From the NCBI RefSeq assembly GCF_050920415.1, contig NZ_CP169309.1: a stretch of 64,000 bases of DNA. One strand, given 5' to 3'. This DNA is from Escherichia coli. GTDB lineage: Bacteria; Pseudomonadota; Gammaproteobacteria; Enterobacterales; Enterobacteriaceae. Below the pieces are notes generated by a model. The model was not told the origin of the DNA. It saw only the letters and a program-made list of their open reading frames with translations, and ran no database searches. The position numbers and the translations under genes are program-made. This document shows, one piece after another, positions 30,724 through 41,609 of the stretch (within the stretch, counting starts at the first letter, position 1; every line of letters starts with the position of its first letter).

Positions 30724-31120
30724 TTATTCGCTCACGAATAGTCAACCACACGCTAAGTAAGAATTAAAGGGGCAGCTATTACCTGCCCCAATGTGTCATT
30801 ACGAATTGTATTTTATGATGAGAATTGGTGATATACATCACATATTTATGCATCTAAATAATCTGTTTCATGTTTATTTATGAACTCAATGCAATGAATT
30901 ACAAAAAAACACATAATATCATTTAATTTCAATCATTTAGATATTTGGCATTGTGAATTTACCTAGCTCAACAGAAAGCAATGTCAACGCGTTATGGACT
31001 ATTATTTCTCTTTTTTTAGCCAAATCTGCTATCTCTTTATGTGACTCACTTCACTTACATCATCTTATTTCTCTTCGTAAAATTACTTTGGAATTAAGTA
31101 CAATAAGAAGAGGAACATTT

Positions 31121-32803
31121 ATGAAGTCTGCATTGAAGAAAAGTGTCGTAAGTACCTCGATATCTTTGATACTGGCATCTGGTATGGCTGCATTTACCGC
31201 TCATGCGGCAGATGATGTAAAGCTGAAAGCAACTAAAACAAACGTTGCTTTCTCAGACTTTACGCCGATTGAATACAGTACTAAAGGAAAGCCAAATATC
31301 ATCGTACTGACCATGGATGATCTGGGTTATGGACAACTTCCTTTTGATAAGGGTTCTTTTGACCCAAAAACAATGGAAAATCGTGAAGTTGTCGATACCT
31401 ACAAAATAGGGATAGATAAAGCTATTGAAGCTGCACAAAAATCAACGCCAACACTCCTTTCGTTAATGGATGAAGGTGTACGTTTTACTAACGGCTATGT
31501 GGCGCACGGGGTTTCCGGTCCCTCCCGCGCCGCAATAATGACCGGTCGAGCGCCCGCTCGTTTTGGTGTGTACTCCAATACTGATGCTCAGGATGGTATT
31601 CCGCTGACAGAAACTTTCTTGCCTGAATTATTCCAGAATCATGGTTATTACACTGCAGCAGTAGGTAAATGGCACTTGTCAAAAATCAGTAATGTGCCAG
31701 TACCAGAAGATAAACAAACGCGTGACTATCATGACAACTTCACCACATTTTCTGCGGAAGAATGGCAACCTCAAAACCGTGGTTTTGATTACTTTATGGG
31801 ATTCCACGCTGCAGGAACGGCATATTACAACTCCCCTTCACTGTTCAAAAACCGTGAACGCGTCCCCGCAAAAGGTTATATCAGCGATCAGTTAACCGAT
31901 GAGGCAATTGGCGTTGTTGATCGTGCTAAAACACTTGACCAGCCTTTTATGCTTTACCTGGCTTATAATGCTCCGCACCTGCCAAACGACAACCCTGCAC
32001 CAGAGCAATATCAGAAGCAATTTAATACCGGTAGCCAAACAGCAGATAACTACTACGCTTCCGTTTATTCTGTTGATCAGGGCGTAAAACGCATTCTTGA
32101 ACAACTAAAGAAAAACGGACAGTATGACAATACAATTATTCTCTTTACCTCTGATAATGGTGCAGTTATCGATGGTCCTCTGCCGCTGAACGGAGCGCAA
32201 AAAGGCTATAAGAGCCAGACTTATCCTGGCGGTACCCATACACCAATGTTTATGTGGTGGAAAGGAAAACTTCCGCCCGGTAATTATGACAAGCTGATTT
32301 CCGCAATGGATTTCTACCCGACAGCTCTTGATGCAGCCGATATCAGCATTCCAAAAGAGCTAAAATTGGATGGTGTTTCATTGCTGCCCTGGTTGCAAGA
32401 TAAGAAACAAGGTGAGCCACATAAAAATCTGACCTGGATAACATCTTATTCTCACTGGTTTGATGAGGAAAATATTCCCTTCTGGGATAATTACCACAAA
32501 TTTGTCCGCCATCAGTCAGACGATTACCCGCATAACCCCAACACCGAAGATTTAAGCCAATTCTCTTATACGGTGAGAAATAACGATTATTCGCTAGTCT
32601 ATACAGTAGAAAACAATCAGTTAGGTCTATACAAACTGACAGATCTACAGCAAAAAGATAACATTGCCGCCGCCAATCCGCAGATCGTTAAAGAGATGCA
32701 AGGTGTGGTAAGAGAGTTTATCGACAACAGCCAGCCACCGCTTAGCGAGGTAAATCAGGCGAAGTTTAACAATATCAAGAAAGCACTAAGCGAAGCGAAA
32801 TAA
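31121..32803 (+). CDS. ydeN: Putative sulfatase YdeN
   Basis: Starts at the internal ATG 31121 (MKSALKK..., signal peptide, AGAAGAGGAA Shine-Dalgarno); sulfatase active-site region (GVSGPSRAAIMTG); followed by its maturase gene. Confidence 0.85.
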   Translation: MKSALKKSVVSTSISLILASGMAAFTAHAADDVKLKATKTNVAFSDFTPIEYSTKGKPNIIVLTMDDLGYGQLPFDKGSFDPKTMENREVVDTYKIGIDKAIEAAQKSTPTLLSLMDEGVRFTNGYVAHGVSGPSRAAIMTGRAPARFGVYSNTDAQDGIPLTETFLPELFQNHGYYTAAVGKWHLSKISNVPVPEDKQTRDYHDNFTTFSAEEWQPQNRGFDYFMGFHAAGTAYYNSPSLFKNRERVPAKGYISDQLTDEAIGVVDRAKTLDQPFMLYLAYNAPHLPNDNPAPEQYQKQFNTGSQTADNYYASVYSVDQGVKRILEQLKKNGQYDNTIILFTSDNGAVIDGPLPLNGAQKGYKSQTYPGGTHTPMFMWWKGKLPPGNYDKLISAMDFYPTALDAADISIPKELKLDGVSLLPWLQDKKQGEPHKNLTWITSYSHWFDEENIPFWDNYHKFVRHQSDDYPHNPNTEDLSQFSYTVRNNDYSLVYTVENNQLGLYKLTDLQQKDNIAAANPQIVKEMQGVVREFIDNSQPPLSEVNQAKFNNIKKALSEAK

Positions 32804-32854
32804 CTAAACCTTCATGCGGCGGATTTTTCCGCCGCCTTATTGAGCGAGATAGCG

Positions 32855-34015
32855 ATGCACGTTACAGCCAAGCCCTCCAGTTTTCAATGTAATCTCAAAT
32901 GTGATTACTGTTTTTACCTTGAAAAAGAGTCGCAGTTTACTCATGAAAAATGGATGGATGACAGCACTCTGAAAGAGTTCATCAAACAATATATCGCAGC
33001 GTCTGGCAATCAGGTCTATTTTACCTGGCAAGGCGGTGAACCCACTCTGGCTGGCCTGGATTTTTTCCGTAAAGTTATTCACTATCAACAACGCTATGCA
33101 GGCCAAAAACGTATTTTTAATGCATTACAAACGAATGGCATTTTATTGAATAATGAATGGTGTGCCTTTCTCAAAGAACATGAGTTTCTGGTTGGTATCT
33201 CGATCGATGGACCCCAGGAGTTACATGACCGTTACAGACGCAGTAATTCGGGTAACGGAACTTTTGCAAAAGTGATAGCAGCCATCGAGCGTCTGAAATC
33301 ATATCAAGTAGAGTTTAATACGTTAACCGTCATTAATAACGTTAATGTCCATTACCCTCTTGAGGTTTATCATTTTTTAAAATCTATCGGCAGTAAACAT
33401 ATGCAATTTATCGAATTGCTCGAAACCGGGACGCCGAATATTGATTTCAGTGGTCATAGTGAGAACACATTCCGTATCATTGATTTTTCTGTGCCTCCTA
33501 CGGCTTATGGCAAGTTTATGTCAACCATTTTTATGCAATGGGTTAAAAACGATGTGGGTGAAATTTTCATCCGTCAGTTTGAAAGCTTTGTCAGCCGTTT
33601 TTTGGGGAATGGGCATACCAGTTGTATTTTCCAGGAGTCCTGCAAGGATAATCTGGTTGTTGAAAGTAATGGAGACATTTACGAATGCGACCATTTTGTC
33701 TATCCACAGTACAAAATCGGAAACATTAATAAATCGGAACTCAAAACGATGAACAGTGTACAGCTGACAGCGCAAAAAAAACGGATTTCAGCGAAATGTC
33801 AGCAATGTGTATATAAACCTATCTGCAATGGTGGTTGCCCTAAACATCGTATTACTAAAGTAAACAATGAAACTGTTTCCTATTTTTGCGAAGGTTATAA
33901 AATCCTTTTTTCAACCATGGTGCCTTATATGAACGCCATGGTGGAGTTAGCTAAGAACAGAGTTCCGCTTTACCACATTATGGATGTTGCAAAACAAATG
34001 GAGAATAATAAATAA
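32855..34015 (+). CDS. ydeM: Anaerobic sulfatase-maturating enzyme YdeM (radical SAM)
   Basis: Radical-SAM CxxxCxxC motif ([10 protein letters not shown]) and C-terminal Cys clusters; the ORF-track TTG start is replaced by the ATG at 32855. Confidence 0.85.
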   Translation: MHVTAKPSSFQCNLKCDYCFYLEKESQFTHEKWMDDSTLKEFIKQYIAASGNQVYFTWQGGEPTLAGLDFFRKVIHYQQRYAGQKRIFNALQTNGILLNNEWCAFLKEHEFLVGISIDGPQELHDRYRRSNSGNGTFAKVIAAIERLKSYQVEFNTLTVINNVNVHYPLEVYHFLKSIGSKHMQFIELLETGTPNIDFSGHSENTFRIIDFSVPPTAYGKFMSTIFMQWVKNDVGEIFIRQFESFVSRFLGNGHTSCIFQESCKDNLVVESNGDIYECDHFVYPQYKIGNINKSELKTMNSVQLTAQKKRISAKCQQCVYKPICNGGCPKHRITKVNNETVSYFCEGYKILFSTMVPYMNAMVELAKNRVPLYHIMDVAKQMENNK

Positions 34016-34066
34016 CGCACTCTATTAGCTTCAGTCTTAGCCTCCTTCTTATGAACTTAACAAGGC

Positions 34067-34100
34067 ACCCGACATAACTTCCTGTCGGGTGTTTCGTCTT
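34067..34100 (+). terminator. Intrinsic terminator after ydeM
   Basis: 9-bp stem (cacccgaca / tgtcgggtg) followed by a T-rich tract. Confidence 0.5.
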
Positions 34101-34313
34101 CATCATCTTCCCGTGCGAAGTAAGAGCTTAAATCCTGGCTTACGAGGTATGCGTCAGGGCATTAGCAATACTCTTGATTATCAATAGCATAACCATAACC
34201 ACTGAAAATGAAATATTTCTTTATATTTCATATTGTTAAATGATACTTAAATAAATTTCATCAGTAAATCATTGCCATAGATAATCATTGAATGGCACAA
34301 TCAATTTTCGCTA

Positions 34314-35999
34314 ATGATAACCATTCCCATTACGTTTTGTATGTTGATAGCAAAGTATCTCTGTCTGCTGAAGCCCTTTTGGCTGCGTAAGAATAATAAA
34401 ACTTCAGTGTTGTTAATCATTATTATCCTCGCCATGATCCTTGGCGTGGTTAAAATTCAGGTCTGGTTAAACGACTGGAACAATGATTTTTTCAATGCGC
34501 TAAGTCAGAAAGAAACCGATAAACTTTGGCAACTTGTTCTGTGGTTCCCTGCCCTGCTGGGGATCTTTGTATTAATATCCGTAAACAAAACATGGCTAAT
34601 TAAACTACTGACTATTCGCTGGCGCGAATGGTTAACAGATTACTACCTTAATCGCTGGTTTGCAGATAAAAACTACTACTTCACGCAGATCTACGGCGAG
34701 CATAAAAATACAGATAACCCTGACCAACGTATCGCTGAAGACATTCTCTTACTGATCAGCAAAACGCTCAGCCTTTCATTTGGCTTCATCCAGTCACTGA
34801 GCATGCTGGTCACCTTCACCGTTATTCTTTGGCAAAGCGCGGGTACGCTCTCATTCACTGTTAGTGGAACAGAATGGAATATCCATGGGTATATGGTCTA
34901 TACCGTCGCGCTTATTGTGATCGGTGGAACATTATTTACCCATAAGGTTGGAAAACGCATTCGACCACTTAATGTGGAAAAGCAACGTAGCGAAGCGACA
35001 TTTCGAACTAATCTTGTGCAGCATAATAAACAAGCGGAACTGATTGCGCTAAGCAATGCTGAATCTCTACAACGGCAGGAGTTGAGCGACAATTTTCATA
35101 TCATTAAAGAGAACTGGCATCGTTTAATGAATCGCCAGCGGTGGCTTGATTACTGGCAGAATATTTATTCGCGCTCGCTTAGCGTTCTTCCCTACTTTCT
35201 GTTATTGCCGCAGTTTATTAGCGGACAGATCAATCTGGGCGGACTGATGAAATCACGCCAGGCATTTATGCTGGTATCGAACAATTTAAGCTGGTTTATT
35301 TATAAATATGATGAACTTGCTGAACTGGCTGCGGTTATCGATCGCTTGTATGAGTTCCATCAACTCACCGAACAGCGCCCTACGAATAAGCCTAAAAATT
35401 GCCAACATGCGGTACAAGTGGCTGACGCGAGTATTCGTACTCCTGATAATAAGATCATATTAGAGAACCTGAACTTTCATGTTTCGCCAGGCAAATGGCT
35501 ATTGCTGAAAGGTTACTCTGGTGCGGGAAAAACCACACTGCTTAAAACATTATCCCACTGCTGGCCGTGGTTTAAAGGTGATATTTCTTCTCCTGCTGAC
35601 AGTTGGTATGTGTCACAAACACCGTTAATCAAAACCGGCTTACTGAAAGAGATTATTTGTAAAGCACTTCCCCTGTCCGTAGACGATAAATCGTTGAGCG
35701 AAGTACTGCATCAGGTTGGTCTGGGGAAATTGGCTGCGCGTATTCATGATCACGATCGCTGGGGAGATATTCTTTCCAGCGGCGAAAAACAACGTATCGC
35801 CCTGGCTCGATTAATTTTACGACGTCCGAAATGGATATTTCTTGACGAAACTACCTCTCATCTTGAGGAACAAGAGGCTATCCGCTTACTGCGTTTAGTG
35901 CGTGAAAAACTACCCTCAAGCGGCGTCATTATGGTCACACATCAACCTGGTGTCTGGAGCCTGGCTGATGATATTTGCGACATTAGCGCGGTTTTATAA
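34314..35999 (+). CDS. yddA: YddA, fused ABC transporter permease/ATPase
   Basis: 561 aa; N-terminal transmembrane domain; C-terminal Walker A (GYSGAGKTT) and ABC signature (LSSGEKQR). Confidence 0.85.
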   Translation: MITIPITFCMLIAKYLCLLKPFWLRKNNKTSVLLIIIILAMILGVVKIQVWLNDWNNDFFNALSQKETDKLWQLVLWFPALLGIFVLISVNKTWLIKLLTIRWREWLTDYYLNRWFADKNYYFTQIYGEHKNTDNPDQRIAEDILLLISKTLSLSFGFIQSLSMLVTFTVILWQSAGTLSFTVSGTEWNIHGYMVYTVALIVIGGTLFTHKVGKRIRPLNVEKQRSEATFRTNLVQHNKQAELIALSNAESLQRQELSDNFHIIKENWHRLMNRQRWLDYWQNIYSRSLSVLPYFLLLPQFISGQINLGGLMKSRQAFMLVSNNLSWFIYKYDELAELAAVIDRLYEFHQLTEQRPTNKPKNCQHAVQVADASIRTPDNKIILENLNFHVSPGKWLLLKGYSGAGKTTLLKTLSHCWPWFKGDISSPADSWYVSQTPLIKTGLLKEIICKALPLSVDDKSLSEVLHQVGLGKLAARIHDHDRWGDILSSGEKQRIALARLILRRPKWIFLDETTSHLEEQEAIRLLRLVREKLPSSGVIMVTHQPGVWSLADDICDISAVL

Positions 36000-36036
36000 A
36001 AACAATAAAAGCCCTGCTGTACGGAGATAAAAATAA

Positions 36037-38409
36037 ATGAAGCGAGTTCTTATTCCTGGCGTCATTTTATGTGGCGCTGATGTAGCGCAGGCCGTCGATG
36101 ACAAAAATATGTACATGCATGTTTTTGAAGAGATGACGGTCTATGCTCCTGTCCCTGTACCCGTAAACGGCAACACGCATTACACCAGTGAAAGCATCGA
36201 GCGTTTACCGACCGGGAATGGCAATATCAGCGATCTGCTGAGAACCAACCCTGCGGTACGCATGGATTCAACGCAAAGTACCTCATTGAACCAGGGAGAT
36301 ATTCGCCCGGAGAAAATCTCTATTCACGGTGCGTCGCCCTACCAGAATGCCTATTTGATTGACGGTATTAGTGCAACGAATAACCTGAACCCAGCGAATG
36401 AGTCCGATGCCAGTAGTGCAACCAATATTAGCGGGATGTCACAGGGGTATTATCTTGATGTCAGCTTACTGGACAATGTGACGCTTTATGACAGTTTTGT
36501 GCCGGTTGAATTTGGCCGCTTCAATGGCGGGGTAATTGATGCAAAGATCAAACGCTTCAACGCTGATGATAGCAGCGTGAAACTGGGTTATCGCACTACG
36601 CGTTCGGACTGGTTAACATCGCATATCGATGAGAATAACAAGAGCGCATTTAATCAAGGTTCTTCAGGAAGTACTTATTACTCTCCAGATTTTAAAAAGA
36701 ACTTTTATACCTTGTCGTTTAATCAGGAACTCGCTGATAACTTTGGCGTTACCGCCGGTTTATCGCGCCGCCAGTCTGATATCATCCGCGCGGATTATGT
36801 TTCGAATGACGGCATTGTCGCCGGCAGGGCACAGTATAAAAACGTTATCGATACTGCATTGAGCAAATTTACCTGGTTTGCCAGCGACCGCTTTACCCAC
36901 GATTTAACCTTAAAATATACCGGCTCCAGCCGTGATTATAATACCAGCACCTTCCCGGAGTCTGATCGCGAAATGGGTAATAAATCCTATGGTCTGGCAT
37001 GGGATATGGATACCCAGCTCGCATGGGCCAAACTGCGTACCACCGTTGGTTGGGATCATATTAGTGATTATACCCGTCACGATCATGACATCTGGTACAC
37101 CGAACTTTCATGTACATATGGTGATATTTCAGGGCGTTGCACTCGTGGCGGATTAGGACACATTTCCCAGGCTGTAGATAATTACACCTTCAAAACACGC
37201 CTTGACTGGCAAAAATTCGCCGTGGGTAATGTTTCGCATCAACCCTACTTCGGCGCGGAATACATCTATTCCGATGCATGGACTGAACGCCATAACCAGT
37301 CTGAATCCTATGTGATTAATGCTGCCGGAAAGAAAACTAACCATACCATTTACCATAAAGGTAAAGGCAGCCTGGGAATAGACAATTACACGCTGTATAT
37401 GGCGGATCGCATTAACTGGCGTAATGTGTCGTTAATGCCCGGCGTGCGGTATGACTATGATAACTATCTGTCAAACCACAATATCTCCCCGCGCTTTATG
37501 ACGGAATGGGATATTTTTGCTGATCAAACCTCAATGATTACCGCAGGTTATAACCGTTACTATGGCGGGAATATTCTTGATATGGGATTACGTGATATCC
37601 GCAATAGCTGGACGGAATCGGTATCAGGCAATAAAACCCTGACGCGTTATCAGGATTTGAAAACGCCTTATAACGATGAACTGGCAATGGGATTGCAGCA
37701 AAAAATCGGTAAGAACGTTATTGCGCGCGCAAACTATGTTTACCGTGAAGCGCATGATCAAATCAGCAAAAGCAGTCGTACCGACAGCGCGACTAAAACC
37801 ACCATTACTGAATATAACAACGACGGTAAAACCAAAACGCATTCGTTCAACCTCAGTTTTGAACTGGCCGAACCCCTGCATATCAGCCAGGTAGATATTA
37901 ACCCGCAAGTTGTCTTTAGCTATATCAAGAGCAAGGGCAACTTATCGTTGAACAATGGTTATGAGGAGAGCAATACCGGTGATAACCAGGTGGTCTATAA
38001 CGGTAATCTGGTTTCTTACGATAGCGTTCCGGTGGCAGATTTTAATAATCCATTAAAGATCTCCTTAAACATGGATTTCACACATCAACCGAGCGGATTG
38101 GTGTGGGCGAATACGCTGGCCTGGCAAGAAGCGCGTAAAGCTCGCATTATCCTCGGTAAAACGAATGCGCAATACATTAGCGAATATTCAGATTACAAAC
38201 AGTATGTTGATGAAAAACTGGATAGCAGCCTGACCTGGGACACCCGCTTGTCCTGGACGCCACAATTTCTGAAACAACAAAACCTGACGATCAGTGCCGA
38301 TATTCTCAATGTACTGGATAGCAAAACCGCTGTTGATACAACGAATACCGGCGTGGCGACCTACGCCAGTGGCCGTACTTTCTGGCTTGATGTCAGCATG
38401 AAATTTTAA
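36037..38409 (+). CDS. yddB: YddB, TonB-dependent-receptor-like outer-membrane protein
   Basis: 790 aa; beta-barrel-like composition with C-terminal aromatic residue; operon with yddA and pqqL. Confidence 0.85.
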   Translation: MKRVLIPGVILCGADVAQAVDDKNMYMHVFEEMTVYAPVPVPVNGNTHYTSESIERLPTGNGNISDLLRTNPAVRMDSTQSTSLNQGDIRPEKISIHGASPYQNAYLIDGISATNNLNPANESDASSATNISGMSQGYYLDVSLLDNVTLYDSFVPVEFGRFNGGVIDAKIKRFNADDSSVKLGYRTTRSDWLTSHIDENNKSAFNQGSSGSTYYSPDFKKNFYTLSFNQELADNFGVTAGLSRRQSDIIRADYVSNDGIVAGRAQYKNVIDTALSKFTWFASDRFTHDLTLKYTGSSRDYNTSTFPESDREMGNKSYGLAWDMDTQLAWAKLRTTVGWDHISDYTRHDHDIWYTELSCTYGDISGRCTRGGLGHISQAVDNYTFKTRLDWQKFAVGNVSHQPYFGAEYIYSDAWTERHNQSESYVINAAGKKTNHTIYHKGKGSLGIDNYTLYMADRINWRNVSLMPGVRYDYDNYLSNHNISPRFMTEWDIFADQTSMITAGYNRYYGGNILDMGLRDIRNSWTESVSGNKTLTRYQDLKTPYNDELAMGLQQKIGKNVIARANYVYREAHDQISKSSRTDSATKTTITEYNNDGKTKTHSFNLSFELAEPLHISQVDINPQVVFSYIKSKGNLSLNNGYEESNTGDNQVVYNGNLVSYDSVPVADFNNPLKISLNMDFTHQPSGLVWANTLAWQEARKARIILGKTNAQYISEYSDYKQYVDEKLDSSLTWDTRLSWTPQFLKQQNLTISADILNVLDSKTAVDTTNTGVATYASGRTFWLDVSMKF

Positions 38410-38453
38410 TAGTTCGGATTTTACTTAACCGGGTAAATTCGCCCGGTTTTCGC

Positions 38454-41249
38454 ATGGAGATAATTATGAGAAACCTCTGTTTCTTACTGACGTTAGTGGC
38501 AACTCTGTTGCTCCCCGGGCGACTGATTGCCGCCGCCTTACCGCAGGATGAAAAGTTAATTACCGGGCAACTGGACAATGGCTTGCGATACATGATTTAT
38601 CCGCATGCTCAACCAAAGGATCAGGTAAATTTATGGCTGCAAATTCATACCGGTTCATTGCAGGAAGAAGACAATGAGCGCGGTGTGGCTCATTTTGTAG
38701 AACATATGATGTTTAACGGCACAAAAACATGGCCGGGTAATAAAGTCATCGAAACATTTGAGTCAATGGGCCTGCGTTTTGGTCGCGATGTTAATGCCTA
38801 TACCAGCTATGACGAAACGGTGTACCAAGTAAGTTTGCCGACTACGCAGAAACAAAATCTGCAACAAGTGATGGCAATCTTCAGTGAATGGAGTAATGCC
38901 GCAACCTTTGAGAAACTTGAAGTAGACGCTGAACGCGGCGTAATTACTGAGGAATGGCGTGCATATCAGGATGCGAAATGGCGTACATCTCAGGCGCGCC
39001 GCCCTTTTCTTTTGGCAAATACACGTAATTTAGACCGTGAACCTATCGGCCTGATGGATACTGTTGCCACAGTCACACCGGCACAATTGCGCCAGTTTTA
39101 TCAACGCTGGTATCAACCCAATAATATGACCTTTATTGTGGTCGGCGATATCGACAGTAAAGAAGCGCTGGCGCTGATAAAGGATAATTTAAGTAAGCTC
39201 CCGGCTAACAAAGCAGCTGAAAATCGCGTCTGGCCGACAAAAGCCGAAAACCACCTGCGCTTTAATATCATTAATGATAAAGAAAACCGGGTGAACGGCA
39301 TCGCACTCTATTATCGCCTGCCAATGGTGCAAGTGAGCGATGAGCAAAGCTTTATCGAACAAGCTGAATGGAGCATGTTGGTTCAGCTGTTCAATCAACG
39401 TCTGCAGGAACGTATACAGTCGGGCGAGTTGAAGACTATTTCTGGTGGCACTGCGCGCAGCGTTAAAATTGCACCCGATTATCAGTCGCTGTTTTTCCGT
39501 GTAAATGCACGTGACAATAATATGCAGGATGCTGCGAATGCATTAATGGCAGAGTTGGCAACCCTCGATCAACATGGTTTTTCTGCTGAAGAACTCGACG
39601 ATGTTAAAACTACCCGCCTAACCTGGCTGAAAAATGCGGTTGATCAGCAAGCTGAACGCGATTTACGTATGCTGACCAGTCGCCTGGCGTCCAGCTCGTT
39701 AAATAATACGCCGTTCTTGTCGCCGGAAGAGACATACCAACTTTCGAAACGTCTGTGGCCGCAAATTACCGTGCAAAGTCTGGCGGAAAAATGGCAGCAG
39801 CTAAGAAAGAACCAGGACGCATTTTGGGAGCAAATGGTGAATAACGAGGTTGCAGCCAACAAAGCATTATCTCCTGCGGCTATCCTGGCGCTGGAAAAAG
39901 AGTACGCCAACAAAAAGCTGGCAGCTTACATCTTCCCTGGCAGAAATTTATCGTTAACAGTAGACGCTGACCCACAGGCGGAAATTAGCAGTAAAGAAAC
40001 ACTGGCTGAGAATCTGACATCATTAACACTTTCTAATGGTGCCAGGGTTATTCTGGCAAAATCAGCGGGTGAAGAGCAAAAGCTACAAATTATTGCCGTA
40101 TCTAATAAAGGTGATTTAAGTTTCCCTGCGCAGCAAAAATCACTTATCGCGCTGGCAAATAAAGCGGTGAGTGGCAGCGGCGTTGGTGATCTCTCCTCTT
40201 CCAGCCTGAAACGCTGGAGTGCGGAAAACTCGGTAACCATGAGCAGCAAAGTCAGTGGGCTGAATACGTTGCTCTCCGTGAGCGCGCGGGCTAATAATCC
40301 TGAACCTGGTTTCCAGTTGATTAACCAGCGAATCACTCACAGCACGATTAATGACAATATTTGGGCATCGCTACAAAATGCTCAAATTCAGGCGTTGAAA
40401 ACGCTCGACCAGCGTCCAGCAGAGAAATTCGCCCAGCAGATGTATGAGAAGCGCTATGCTGATGACCGTACGAAATTACTGCAAGAAAAACAGATTGCAC
40501 AATTTACTGCCGCAGACGCGCTGGCAGCCGATCGCCAGTTATTTTCATCTCCAGCGGATATCACGTTTGTCGTTGTCGGTAATGTCGCAGAAGACAAACT
40601 TCTGCCGTTAATTACGCGTTACTTAGGATCAATAAAACACTCTGATTCGCCATTAGCCGCAGGTAAACCATTAACTCGCGCGACGGACAACGCATCGGTT
40701 ACAGTAAAAGAACAAAATGAACCTGTGGCACAGGTTTCACAGTGGAATCGTTATGATTCCCGGACACCTGTAAATCTGGAGACGCGTATGGCGCTGGATG
40801 CCTTTAACGTTGCCCTGGCTAAAGATCTGCGCATTAATATTCGTGAACAGGCATCTGGGGCATACAGCGTTTCTTCTCGCCTCTCGGTTGATCCTCAGGC
40901 CAAAGATATCACCCATTTGCTGGCTTTTACTTGTCAACCAGAACGGCATGAAGAACTGTTAGCGTTAGCGAATGAAGTGATGGTTAAGCGTCTGGCTAAA
41001 GGGATCAGAAAGCAAGAACTGAACGAATACCAGCAAAACGTTCAGCGTAGCCTCGATATCCAACAGCGTAGCGTTCAACAATTAGCGAACACCATTGTAA
41101 ATAGTCTTATTCAATATGACGATCCTGCCGCATGGACTGCGCAGGAGCAATTATTGAAACAAATGACGGTAGATAATGTTAACACTACGGTTAAACAATA
41201 TCTTTCTCATCCGGTGAATACCTTTACCGGAGTATTACTACCAAAATAA
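38454..41249 (+). CDS. pqqL: PqqL, periplasmic M16-family zinc peptidase
   Basis: 931 aa; signal peptide; inverted zinc-binding motif HFVEH. The start could instead be the ATG at 38466. Confidence 0.85.
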   Translation: MEIIMRNLCFLLTLVATLLLPGRLIAAALPQDEKLITGQLDNGLRYMIYPHAQPKDQVNLWLQIHTGSLQEEDNERGVAHFVEHMMFNGTKTWPGNKVIETFESMGLRFGRDVNAYTSYDETVYQVSLPTTQKQNLQQVMAIFSEWSNAATFEKLEVDAERGVITEEWRAYQDAKWRTSQARRPFLLANTRNLDREPIGLMDTVATVTPAQLRQFYQRWYQPNNMTFIVVGDIDSKEALALIKDNLSKLPANKAAENRVWPTKAENHLRFNIINDKENRVNGIALYYRLPMVQVSDEQSFIEQAEWSMLVQLFNQRLQERIQSGELKTISGGTARSVKIAPDYQSLFFRVNARDNNMQDAANALMAELATLDQHGFSAEELDDVKTTRLTWLKNAVDQQAERDLRMLTSRLASSSLNNTPFLSPEETYQLSKRLWPQITVQSLAEKWQQLRKNQDAFWEQMVNNEVAANKALSPAAILALEKEYANKKLAAYIFPGRNLSLTVDADPQAEISSKETLAENLTSLTLSNGARVILAKSAGEEQKLQIIAVSNKGDLSFPAQQKSLIALANKAVSGSGVGDLSSSSLKRWSAENSVTMSSKVSGLNTLLSVSARANNPEPGFQLINQRITHSTINDNIWASLQNAQIQALKTLDQRPAEKFAQQMYEKRYADDRTKLLQEKQIAQFTAADALAADRQLFSSPADITFVVVGNVAEDKLLPLITRYLGSIKHSDSPLAAGKPLTRATDNASVTVKEQNEPVAQVSQWNRYDSRTPVNLETRMALDAFNVALAKDLRINIREQASGAYSVSSRLSVDPQAKDITHLLAFTCQPERHEELLALANEVMVKRLAKGIRKQELNEYQQNVQRSLDIQQRSVQQLANTIVNSLIQYDDPAAWTAQEQLLKQMTVDNVNTTVKQYLSHPVNTFTGVLLPK

Positions 41250-41255
41250 TGACGT

Positions 41256-41286
41256 CCCCCGTCAACATATCGTTGGCGGGGGTTTT
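41256..41286 (+). terminator. Intrinsic terminator after pqqL
   Basis: GC-rich hairpin (cccccgtcaac...gttggcggggg) followed by TTTT. Confidence 0.55.
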
Positions 41287-41510
41287 AGCAACAGACGTTA
41301 TTTTATATAATAATTTTATGAATGCGTTCAAAATAACAACCGAGTACTAATAATGATATTTTAAGGGCTAATTTTTATGTGATAATTCACCAGAGTTAGA
41401 AAGCGCGTCAAAATAATGACATACAACACCACACTACAATCCATAACACCCTACGCTATTGTTTTTTAACGTAAATATATTTTTCCCATAATATCTCACG
41501 ATAAATAACA

Positions 41511-41530
41511 TTAGGATTTTGTTATTTAAA
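41511..41530. promoter_or_regulatory. gad box (GadE binding site) upstream of gadBC
   Basis: ttaggattttgttatttaaa, the conserved 20-bp gad box, about 80 bp upstream of the gadB start. Confidence 0.65.
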
Positions 41531-41609
41531 CACAAGACCTTTGCACTTGCTTACTTTATCGATAAATCCTACTTTTTTAATGCGATCCAATCATTTTAAG
41601 GAGTTTAAA

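Noticed and set aside
30953-31120. N-terminal extension of ydeN (616-aa ORF)
   Set aside because: The internal ATG at 31121 starts a typical signal peptide and has a Shine-Dalgarno; the extension lacks coding character.
41541-41609. N-terminal extension of gadB (489-aa ORF)
   Set aside because: The extension would overlap the gad box and promoter; the conserved GadB N-terminus starts at MDKKQ.
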